Shown: in pieces, positions 9,028 to 16,273 of the stretch
Layout: each line of letters starts with the position of its first letter
How positions within the stretch are numbered: position 1 is the stretch's first letter
Assembly (NCBI GenBank): GCA_027343725.1
Contig: DAHWKH010000148.1
Location: 1 to 36,296, forward strand
Direction of reading: 5' to 3'
Length of the DNA: 36,296 nt
Origin: Acidiferrobacteraceae bacterium
GTDB lineage: Bacteria > Pseudomonadota > Gammaproteobacteria > Acidiferrobacterales > Acidiferrobacteraceae
Position numbers and translations under genes: made by a program
The notes under the pieces: model-generated
The model's input: the letters and a program-made list of their open reading frames with translations, nothing else
The model's database searches: none
What the model was told of the DNA's origin: nothing

Positions 9028-11049
9028 TTACCGTTGCCACCGCCACCAGGCCTCGAAGTCGGTGACCGCGAGCGGCTGCGCAAAGTGATCGCCCTGCCCG
9101 ATGTCACAGCCGAGGTCGGCGAGGATCGCCCGGACGCTCTCGGTCTCGATCCCCTTGCCGACGACGGTAAGCCCGAGGCCGTGACCCAGATCGATGATCG
9201 AACGCACGATCACGCGGTCGTTGCGGTTTGCCTGAAGATCGGTCAGGAAGGATTTGTCGATCGCGATGCCGGCGATGGGGAGGCCGCGGAGATGGAACAG
9301 CGAGGAGTCGTCGCTGCCGAAACCCTCGATCGAGACCTTGACACCCTGGCCATTCAGAAATCGGATCGTCTGTTGCACACGCTCGGGGTCGCGCATCAGG
9401 GCCGTTTCGGACATTTCCATTTCAATGAGAGAGGGTGCGATGCCCGCCTCCCGGAGGAGGCGCTCCACGTGTTGCGGGAATTGGGTGTCCTCGAGATTGA
9501 TGGCGGAGATGTTGACCGCGACCGGCAGCGGGTGCCCGGCATCGGCCCAGCACCGAGCCTGATGCGCCGCCTGGCGCAAGACCTCGAGGGTGAGGGCTTC
9601 GCTGAGATGCGCGCGTTCGGCGACGGGCACGAAGCGCGCCGGCGCCAAGAGGCCGAGTGTCGGGTGTTGCCGGCGCACGAGTGCCTCGACGCCGCGGGTC
9701 GTGCCGGATGCGAGATCGACGCGGGGCTGGTAGTGCAATAGGAGTTCCCCGTGCGTAAGCGCGCGCTCGAGATCGGCTTTCCCGTGCAGGCGGTCGTTGC
9801 CTTCCGCTTCCATTGCGGTCTCGAACAGGGCGTACCCGAGGCGCTTGCGCTTGGCTTCGTACATCGCGCAGTCGGCGCGCCGCAACAGGTCCCCGACGTC
9901 CTCGCCGTGCCGCGGGCAAAAGGCCGCCCCGGCGCTCGCCGTGATACGCACCGTCTCCGCGCCGAGCGTCACCGGTTCCGCCAGCGCGCCCAGGAATGAG
10001 CGTGCCCGGGCTTCCGCGTGCTCGGGGGCGGCGACCGCCGGCAAGAGGAGGGCAAACTCATCACCGCCCAGGCGCGCCACTGTGTCCGACTCGCGCGCAT
10101 TCGCCACCAGGCGCTGGGCCATGACTTGCAAGAGGCGGTCACCCGCCTCATGGCCGGTCGCGTCGTTGATGTCCTTGAAGCCGTCGAGGTCCAGGATCAT
10201 GAGCACGAAGGGGCGTTCGTCCCGGCGCTGCGCACGGATCGCCTGCAGTAGGCGGTCCTTGAGCAGGATGCGGTTGGGGAGTCCCGTCAGGGAGTCGTGT
10301 GTGGCCAGATAGGCGAGCTTGCGATTGGTGTCGGCGAGGGTCTGGGTGCGCTCATGGACACGCGCCTCCAGTTGCGCGTTCAGGGCCACGACCTCCTGGT
10401 GGCGGCGGTCGGCGATCGCCTGCAAGTCCGCAAGCTTCGCCGACATCGCGTTGAAGCCCGCTATGAGGCGCGCGAGTTCGTCGCGCCCGGCCAGCGGCAG
10501 CCGGAATCCGAATTCGCCGTTCGCGATGCGCGCGGTCCCCGACTCGAGCGCTGTGATCTGGCGCATGAGATAGCCGCCGAGCAGCCAGGAAAAGAGACCG
10601 GCGAGCAGCATCTCGCTGACGGCGATCACCAGGATCCGACGCTGGTCGGCGCGCAGCGTCGCGCCGAAGCCGTGGGGTGAGAGGCCGACCTCCACCTCCC
10701 CGTACCGGGTGCCGTCCACGGCGATATGGTCGACGCGCCGGATCAGCACCCTGGTCTCCGCGCGACCGGCCCGCGCCAGCACCCGCCCGCGCCCGTCGCG
10801 GGCGGCGGCATACACGACACCCGGTTCGCGCGCGACCTCGCGCACGATCCGGCGCAGGGAGGCGACGTCCTCGCTGATGAGGGCATTCGCGCACGCCGCC
10901 CCGAAGAGGCGCGCATCGCTTCGGGCACGCAGCGCGAGCGCGTGGCGTTGGGATTGGGAGAGGACGGCGAGGCTGCTGATGAGGATGGCCGACAGGAAGA
11001 GCGCCTCGATGAGCGCGATCCCGACGATCATTTTGGAGCGAAAGGGCAT
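9028..11049 (-). CDS. Membrane HAMP-GGDEF-EAL protein (intact GGDEF, degenerate EAL)
   Basis: Two TM segments around a periplasmic domain, HAMP (GRDELARLIAGFNAM), HDSLTGLPNR, DLDGFKDIND, RLGGDEF. The EAL domain has VEALVR but IEGFGSDDSS, IAIDKSF and VGKGIET in place of the catalytic motifs. Confidence 0.9.
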   Translation of the reverse strand: MPFRSKMIVGIALIEALFLSAILISSLAVLSQSQRHALALRARSDARLFGAACANALISEDVASLRRIVREVAREPGVVYAAARDGRGRVLARAGRAETRVLIRRVDHIAVDGTRYGEVEVGLSPHGFGATLRADQRRILVIAVSEMLLAGLFSWLLGGYLMRQITALESGTARIANGEFGFRLPLAGRDELARLIAGFNAMSAKLADLQAIADRRHQEVVALNAQLEARVHERTQTLADTNRKLAYLATHDSLTGLPNRILLKDRLLQAIRAQRRDERPFVLMILDLDGFKDINDATGHEAGDRLLQVMAQRLVANARESDTVARLGGDEFALLLPAVAAPEHAEARARSFLGALAEPVTLGAETVRITASAGAAFCPRHGEDVGDLLRRADCAMYEAKRKRLGYALFETAMEAEGNDRLHGKADLERALTHGELLLHYQPRVDLASGTTRGVEALVRRQHPTLGLLAPARFVPVAERAHLSEALTLEVLRQAAHQARCWADAGHPLPVAVNISAINLEDTQFPQHVERLLREAGIAPSLIEMEMSETALMRDPERVQQTIRFLNGQGVKVSIEGFGSDDSSLFHLRGLPIAGIAIDKSFLTDLQANRNDRVIVRSIIDLGHGLGLTVVGKGIETESVRAILADLGCDIGQGDHFAQPLAVTDFEAWWRWQR

Positions 11050-11848
11050 CACCACCGGCCCGCCGCGGCCTGATATTCCGCGTCCGAGGCGCGCACGAAG
11101 CCCGTAAACCCAAGACGCGCAAGGGCCTCGGGCACGACGCGCGGCAAGCGCAGGAGCCCTACCCGCAGGCGCGTCACGAGGGCGTGCGGCAGATCGCGGC
11201 GCGCGGCGAAGGGGTGCGTGAGCGTCTGAGGGCCGGCCCACAGGATGCGCAAACGCCGGCGCAACGCCGGCGCAACGCCGGCGCGAGCAGGTCGTAGGTC
11301 CGGCGGATGCCCCCGCCGCCTACGAAAAGTCCCATGGCCACCGCACGATAGACGGAGTCGTGCGATCCCACGTAGCGCGCCCGAAAGGCGATGTGCGCGT
11401 CCTTCAGGACGTGCCGCGGCTCGATCGAGGCCGCGAGCGCGTGGCGCGCCGGAAACGCGAGCGTGTGTCCCGTGAGTCCCGTGAGCGTGTGTACGGGGCT
11501 TGTACGGCGCACCACGAGGATACCCTGAAGCTGGCCGCGTCTTCGGGCAAACGCGCGATAACGTTTGCGGTTGCGGATGCAATCGGCGGGATTCAGGTAG
11601 ACCACGTCATACGCCCCGCGCGCCACCCGGCGCTCGAAGGCCGTGATCGTGGGCGCCGTGCGCAACGCAAGCCGCACGCCCGCAAGCCGCGACCAGGCCT
11701 CGAGGACCGGCGTCCAGCGCTGCGCAAGCGTCCACGGGCTCATCTGCGGCACGATGCCGATCGTGAGCGGGCGCTCGCGCGCGCAGGTCGCAGCCGCCAG
11801 GACCCCGAGGAACACGCCCACAAGCGCTCTTTGGCCGGACCGCCCCAT
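11049..11848 (-). pseudogene. Phosphate/phosphonate-type periplasmic binding protein (PhnD-like), frameshifted
   Basis: The N-terminal frame (LTIGIVPQ...GILVVR...LAFPARHALAAS...VGSHDSVYRAV..G) switches frame at 11252-11284. The second frame continues RLRILWAGPQTLTHPFAAR...GFVRASDAEY to a TGA overlapping the GGDEF start (TGATG). Confidence 0.85.
11252..11284. repeat. 11-bp tandem repeat AACGCCGGCGC x3 causing the frameshift
   Basis: Exact copies at 11252-11262, 11263-11273 and 11274-11284. With two copies the gene reads LLAPALRRRLRILWAGP in a single frame. Confidence 0.92.
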
Positions 11849-11919
11849 ATCCACCCCCTGACCGTACAGGAAAACTATAGATCAGGCGCGGCGTCCCCGG
11901 GTGAGGGCGCGCGGGGTGG

Positions 11920-12507
11920 TTAGGTCGAGAACCAGTAGCCGAGCGAGATCTGCGCGAGATTGATCCCGGGGTTTGGAAGCCGGATGTTGGCGTTCGAGAG
12001 GTGTTGCAGGCGCACCCCGACCTCGAACTGGCGGTGGGCGCCGAGGAGCAGGCCCGCGCCGATCAAGGGCCCGAACTGAAAGGCCGTCGAGAGAAACTTG
12101 TTTCCGAGTTCGGCGTGCGAGAGCAGATGCACGCCCACGCCGATCTCGAGATAGGGCCAGGGTCCGGCTGCGAACAGCGGCCGGCGCGTGCGCAGCCGCA
12201 GAACCGGTGTCACCCCCACCTCGGTGAGGGACGTGACCCCCGTCACACCGGGGTCGCTCTTCAAACGATGGACATCGAACTCACCATAGCTCGATACCAC
12301 CGCTCCCGGGAGACGCCAGAGGGGGCCCCAGGACCAGCGCAGTCTCAGGCCGATCGCGCGCGTGCCGTAAGGGGCCCCAAAACTCCGGATACCGTGGCCG
12401 GCATCGACGGCGATCCCGAAGCGCTCGTGGGCGCGCGCCGGTTGGCCGACAGCCACACAACACAGGAGACCCGCAACGATCAGGGGAAGGCGGTCTGTCT
12501 TGGGCAC
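11920..12507 (-). CDS. pagL: Lipid A 3-O-deacylase / acyloxyacyl hydrolase (PagL family)
   Basis: Signal peptide, beta-barrel alternation, GVTPVLR, PYLEIGVG, STAFQF, catalytic QHLSNA...PNPGIN, C-terminal aromatic YWF. AAGGAG RBS before GTG. Confidence 0.85.
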   Translation of the reverse strand: MPKTDRLPLIVAGLLCCVAVGQPARAHERFGIAVDAGHGIRSFGAPYGTRAIGLRLRWSWGPLWRLPGAVVSSYGEFDVHRLKSDPGVTGVTSLTEVGVTPVLRLRTRRPLFAAGPWPYLEIGVGVHLLSHAELGNKFLSTAFQFGPLIGAGLLLGAHRQFEVGVRLQHLSNANIRLPNPGINLAQISLGYWFST

Positions 12508-12514
12508 AACAGGA

Positions 12515-12642
12515 CTCCTTAAACGTGCGGCCGGAATCCCCGGCCTTTAAGGTTGATGCGCCCCTTCAGGAACGCGACGGCGCTTTCCTGACAGACAATC
12601 TTCAAGGATGTTCGTGACAAGCCGGTCGGACGATACGACCGG
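12515..12642 (-). promoter_or_regulatory. Putative structured 5' leader of pagL (three hairpins, one covering the RBS)
   Basis: CCTTAAA(12517-23)/TTTAAGG(12546-52) with inner GGCCGG/CCGGCC; TCAGGAA(12566-72)/TTCCTGA(12585-91); CCGGTCG(12622-28)/CGACCGG(12636-42). Confidence 0.35.
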
Positions 12643-12879
12643 GGTGGCCACCATGCGCCGGAACTATGATGACGTATTCATTCGCGCCCTGTCCACGGGC
12701 CCGCCGTGCGGCAGAGGGCAGACCTTTGGGTGCGAGCGGGAGACCCGGGCGTCTCGAGAGGGAATCGGGACGGTCCCACCGAACGGTCCTCGCGGGGCGT
12801 CAGGATAATGACCCTGCCTTGCCCGCCCGTACCCGCGGATCGATCGCGGGCATCGTGTTTGGTCGGGCCAGGCCGGGAT

Positions 12880-13239
12880 TCAGGAGCTTACCGGCGCATA
12901 GAGGATGCAGTATCCCATGGGGGCGATCCGTCCTTGCACCAGCTGGCAGGTCCCGGCCTTCATCATCGCGCCCCGCCCGCCCATCATGCCCATCATGCCC
13001 GGGCCTTTGTGACCCATCATCCCGTGGCCCGCGCTGCCACCGGGGGGGATGAAGTGGATACACATGCCGCACATCTTGCGGCCGTTCGGGTGGTCCTGGT
13101 AATGCACCGCCGCTTTCGCAAGCTTGTGCGCAGGCGGCGCGCGCAGGGCGAGCGCCGGGGCGGTAAAGGCCGCGCCGATCAGGGCGGCGAGGCCCTTGAG
13201 CCAGGAGCGGCGCGAGAGGCGTTTCGGGAATGAGGTCAT
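12880..13239 (-). CDS. Tat-exported high-potential iron-sulfur protein (HiPIP, Iro-like) with Met/His/Gly-rich insertion
   Basis: Tat motif LSRRSWLK, then AKAAVHYQDHP, CGMC..F, C-QLVQGRIAPMGY-C, giving the four HiPIP Cys ligands. 37 residues lie between Cys2 and Cys3. Confidence 0.88.
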   Translation of the reverse strand: MTSFPKRLSRRSWLKGLAALIGAAFTAPALALRAPPAHKLAKAAVHYQDHPNGRKMCGMCIHFIPPGGSAGHGMMGHKGPGMMGMMGGRGAMMKAGTCQLVQGRIAPMGYCILYAPVSS

Positions 13240-13400
13240 CGTTGCGATTCCAGGACAGATCGCGGACATCCTCGCACCACCGGGAGGAGGGGGCAAGGAC
13301 TTGCGTCCCCTGTCGGCTCCCGTGCCGTGGAAGGTCGCGTTGGGGCTTGCGCTTATCAACCCCCGCTCCCAATGGCTCCGCCTGCGACTCGCCGTCCGTT

Positions 13401-13428
13401 TCTGCCCGAGGCCGTCTGCCCGAGGCCG
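13401..13428. repeat. 14-bp tandem direct repeat TCTGCCCGAGGCCG x2
   Basis: Exact copies at 13401-13414 and 13415-13428 in the divergent intergenic region. Confidence 0.8.
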
Positions 13429-13691
13429 GGTTTGTCTCGGCCCCTGCACGGACGGCCCTCGGCGCCCAAGATCCCCGAGACCTCGCGCTCGGGCCGACCG
13501 ATGGTTTTGGCAGGGGGAGTCGTCAGCGGGCGGGGCCTTGGTTGTCTTGGCGAAGTCTCCCGTGCGTTTGTCTTTGGAGCCGATCGTCTCTCTGGATATG
13601 GTGAGGCGAGCGGGGGACGCAAGCCCGGGGCGTGATCAGGACCGGAGGTTCCCGCCGGAATGGGACGGTGCTCTCGGCTGCGGCACGTGCC

Positions 13692-13721
13692 TTGACAGGG
13701 GACGGCGGGGTTTGCGAACAT
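13692..13721 (+). promoter_or_regulatory. Candidate sigma70 promoter for the leader ORF / efflux operon
   Basis: Perfect -35 TTGACA (13692-13697) and weak -10 GAACAT (13716-13721). ATG follows at 13728 with no SD. Confidence 0.4.
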
Positions 13722-13727
13722 CCCCGC

Positions 13728-14060
13728 ATGCGCGCGGCTCGCTTACGGCGTTTCATCAACCCCCTGCTCCTGGTGGCCTGGCTTGCGGTCCTCCTCGGGT
13801 GTCTGGCATCGCCTGCCCATCGGACAGGCCATACCGCCCCGGATTGCGCCGCGGTCCACAGTGCCATTGGCTTGCAGGCGCCCGCCAAGGTCGCCCCTCA
13901 CCACCCTGGGGTCATGGCCCTGGTCGTGATCGCGGCCTGTCTTGGCCTCCTCGTGTTGCCGGTCGCCTTGTCGCGTCCCACCTCCTTGGGCGCGCCCGCG
14001 CTCAGCCGTCGCAGGCGCCCCGCGCAACCGAACGCCCCACCCGCCTTCTCTCACGCATAA
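13728..14060 (+). CDS. Putative exported leader/arrest peptide (DUF2946/CruR/CutF/CzcI-like architecture)
   Basis: 110 aa: basic N-terminus and hydrophobic signal, HRTGHTAPDCAAVH, HH, a second hydrophobic stretch, and C-terminal RRRRPAQPNAPP. Directly upstream of the efflux operon. Confidence 0.65.
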   Translation: MRAARLRRFINPLLLVAWLAVLLGCLASPAHRTGHTAPDCAAVHSAIGLQAPAKVAPHHPGVMALVVIAACLGLLVLPVALSRPTSLGAPALSRRRRPAQPNAPPAFSHA

Positions 14061-14108
14061 AGACACCCGCGCCGATTCGCGGCGCGATCCCAGTCGTTTG
14101 AGAAGGTG
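14042..14108 (+). promoter_or_regulatory. Putative translational attenuator (anti-SD/SD stem) for the efflux operon
   Basis: CGCCTTCTC (14042-14050) can pair with GAGAAGGTG (14100-14108, the SD before ATG 14111; one G-U pair). It encloses the hairpin CGCGCCG-ATTCG-CGGCGCG (14068-14086). Confidence 0.6.
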
Positions 14109-14110
14109 TT

Positions 14111-15376
14111 ATGGACACAAAAGCCACGCGCGCGTGTCGGGCCGCACTCGCGCTCATCGTCGCAATGGCCTGGTCTGCGCATGCCCCCGCCGATGTTCTG
14201 AGTTTGGGTTTGGCGGAGCGCCTCGCGATGCGCGACAATCCCTTCATTCAGGCCGCTCGCCCGGGCATCACGGCCGCGCGCGGCCAAGCGCGGCAGGATC
14301 GGTTGTGGCCGGACCCGCGATTGACGGTTTCCGGGGGCGTTGGGGGCCCCTTGGGCAGTCCCGGGGAATTCAGCAGTCGCGCCATGGTGACGCAGGCCGT
14401 GCCGCTCACCTCCCGGATCGCCCGCGACGCGCAGGTCGGGCTGGAGGGCGTTGATGTTGCGCGCTGGCGATTCCGGACCCTCGCTTGGCGCCTGCGCGCG
14501 ACGGTGGCGATCGCCTATGCGCGCCTTTTAAGCGCTCTGGCGGCAGTCCCGATCGCGCGCGCTCTCGTTGCAACGAACACACGGCTTTATCGCTTGGCGC
14601 GCGCCCGCGCCCAGGCCGCGCAGATATCCCCGCTCGTCGCCGGCAACGCGCGGCTTTTGCGCAACGAGGCGCGCTTAACCCTTGATCACTGGCGTGCCCG
14701 GCGGCACGCGGCCCGCATGGCGCTCGCGCGCGCCATGGGATACGCGCCGCCTCGGCCGTGGGCCGCCCTTGCACCCGTGTCCTGGCGGCCGCCCCGTGAG
14801 GCGGCGGCCCTGCGCGACGCCCTTGTGCGCCGCCCGGATCTGCGCCTTGCCCGGCAGACGCACGCCTACGCGCGCGCGCAGCACCGCTATCAACGCGCGC
14901 GCCGCTTCGGTTGGCTGACCATCGGCGCGGGTGTCGGTTGGGACCGCCAAGTCCTGCGCGGCGTGCCTTCGCAACCCATCGATCGCGCCCTGGCCCTCAG
15001 CGCCTCGCTGCCCCTACCGTTCTGGAACCGCAATCAAGGGAACCGCGCCGCGAGCCGGGCCGCGGCCCTGGCATCCGGCGCGCGCGTGCGCGCATTGCGC
15101 TGGGAGATCCGCCGCGTGGTCCGTCAGGACGTCTTTCGCGTGCATGTCCTCACGGCGCGCGCGCATCGCTACGCGCGCTTGCGCCGCCGCGCGCGTGCAG
15201 CCGAAGCCCTTGCCTTTCAGGGGCTGCGGCTGGGTCAGGTGCGCACGGCGAGCACCATCGCGGTATTCACGGAACAACTCACCATCACCCGCACGTGGCT
15301 TGCGACCTTGCGCGCGTTGGCCAAGGCGCGCATGCGCCTGCGCATCGCCCTGGGCGGCCCCGGGGAGGGCCCATGA
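14111..15376 (+). CDS. TolC-family outer-membrane efflux protein (CzcC/CusC-like)
   Basis: Signal peptide, A...NP.I.AAR, WPDPRLTV, AL.RRPDL, SLPLPFWNRNQG. First gene of an OMF-MFP-RND trio. Confidence 0.88.
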   Translation: MDTKATRACRAALALIVAMAWSAHAPADVLSLGLAERLAMRDNPFIQAARPGITAARGQARQDRLWPDPRLTVSGGVGGPLGSPGEFSSRAMVTQAVPLTSRIARDAQVGLEGVDVARWRFRTLAWRLRATVAIAYARLLSALAAVPIARALVATNTRLYRLARARAQAAQISPLVAGNARLLRNEARLTLDHWRARRHAARMALARAMGYAPPRPWAALAPVSWRPPREAAALRDALVRRPDLRLARQTHAYARAQHRYQRARRFGWLTIGAGVGWDRQVLRGVPSQPIDRALALSASLPLPFWNRNQGNRAASRAAALASGARVRALRWEIRRVVRQDVFRVHVLTARAHRYARLRRRARAAEALAFQGLRLGQVRTASTIAVFTEQLTITRTWLATLRALAKARMRLRIALGGPGEGP

Positions 15377-16272
15377 CCAAACACCTTCTGGCGCTCATCA
15401 TGACAGCGCTTGTCGTACACCCCTTACCGGCGCGCGCCGCGCGCACACCATGGGTGCGTCTCAGCGCCGCCGCCGCGCGCGCGATCGCTTTGCGGGAGGT
15501 CCCGGTCCGGACTCGGGTCTTGCGCGAGCGGCGCACGCTCTACGGCCACTTCGTGTTGCCACCCGGGGCGGAGGCGGTGGTCACCCCGAGGATCCGCGGG
15601 CGCGTGACAGCACTGTACGCCACGATCGGCGAGCACGTCCGGCGCGGCGCGCCGCTCGCGCGCATCGAGTCCCTGCTGGTCGGCACGCCGCCCCCGAGCG
15701 TCGTGGTGCACGCCCCCCTGAGCGGGGTCGTGGAGGCGCGCCCGGCCCTTTTGGGCGAGGCGGTGGCCCCCGGCACGCTCCTCTATCGCCTGATCGACCC
15801 GAAAACCCTGTGGCTCAAGGCCTTTGTCTATCAAAAGGACATCGCCTTGATCCACCACGGGCGGAGGGTGCGCATCCGGGCGCTGGGTCTCTCCCGGCCC
15901 TTGACGGGCCGTGTGACCCTGATCGCGCCGGGCATCAACCCCCGGCGCGGCAGCGAGACTGTTTGGATCCGCCTCGTCGGTCCCAAGGCCCCCGTAAAGC
16001 CGAGGCTCTTTGCCCGCGCGCGCGTGACGGTCGCGCGCGCACGGGCCTTGTCCGTGCCGCAAGGTGCGGTGCTGCGGGTCAACGGCCGTCGGGCCGTGTT
16101 CGTGAGCGCCGGGCACGGTCGCTTCCGCTATACGCCGGTCGTGACCGGGATCCATGCGCGCGGGTTTGTCGCCGTGTCGGGGCTTGCGCGCGGCAGCCGG
16201 GTGGTAACGCAGGGCAACGCCGAGCTGTTCGCGATCTGGACCGCGGGTGGCCGGTTGCGGGCGGGCGGCTGA
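15373..16272 (+). CDS. RND efflux periplasmic adaptor (MFP, CzcB/CusB-like)
   Basis: VTPRIRGRV..LYATIGEHVRRGAPLARI, V.APLSGVV, LSVPQGAV, GLARGSRVVTQG. ATGA overlap with the OMF gene. Confidence 0.88.
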   Translation: MTKHLLALIMTALVVHPLPARAARTPWVRLSAAAARAIALREVPVRTRVLRERRTLYGHFVLPPGAEAVVTPRIRGRVTALYATIGEHVRRGAPLARIESLLVGTPPPSVVVHAPLSGVVEARPALLGEAVAPGTLLYRLIDPKTLWLKAFVYQKDIALIHHGRRVRIRALGLSRPLTGRVTLIAPGINPRRGSETVWIRLVGPKAPVKPRLFARARVTVARARALSVPQGAVLRVNGRRAVFVSAGHGRFRYTPVVTGIHARGFVAVSGLARGSRVVTQGNAELFAIWTAGGRLRAGG

Positions 16273-16273
16273 C

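Noticed and set aside
11252-11284. CRISPR-like array at the short repeats
   Set aside because: The repeats are directly tandem with no spacers, and there are no cas genes or arrays in the window.
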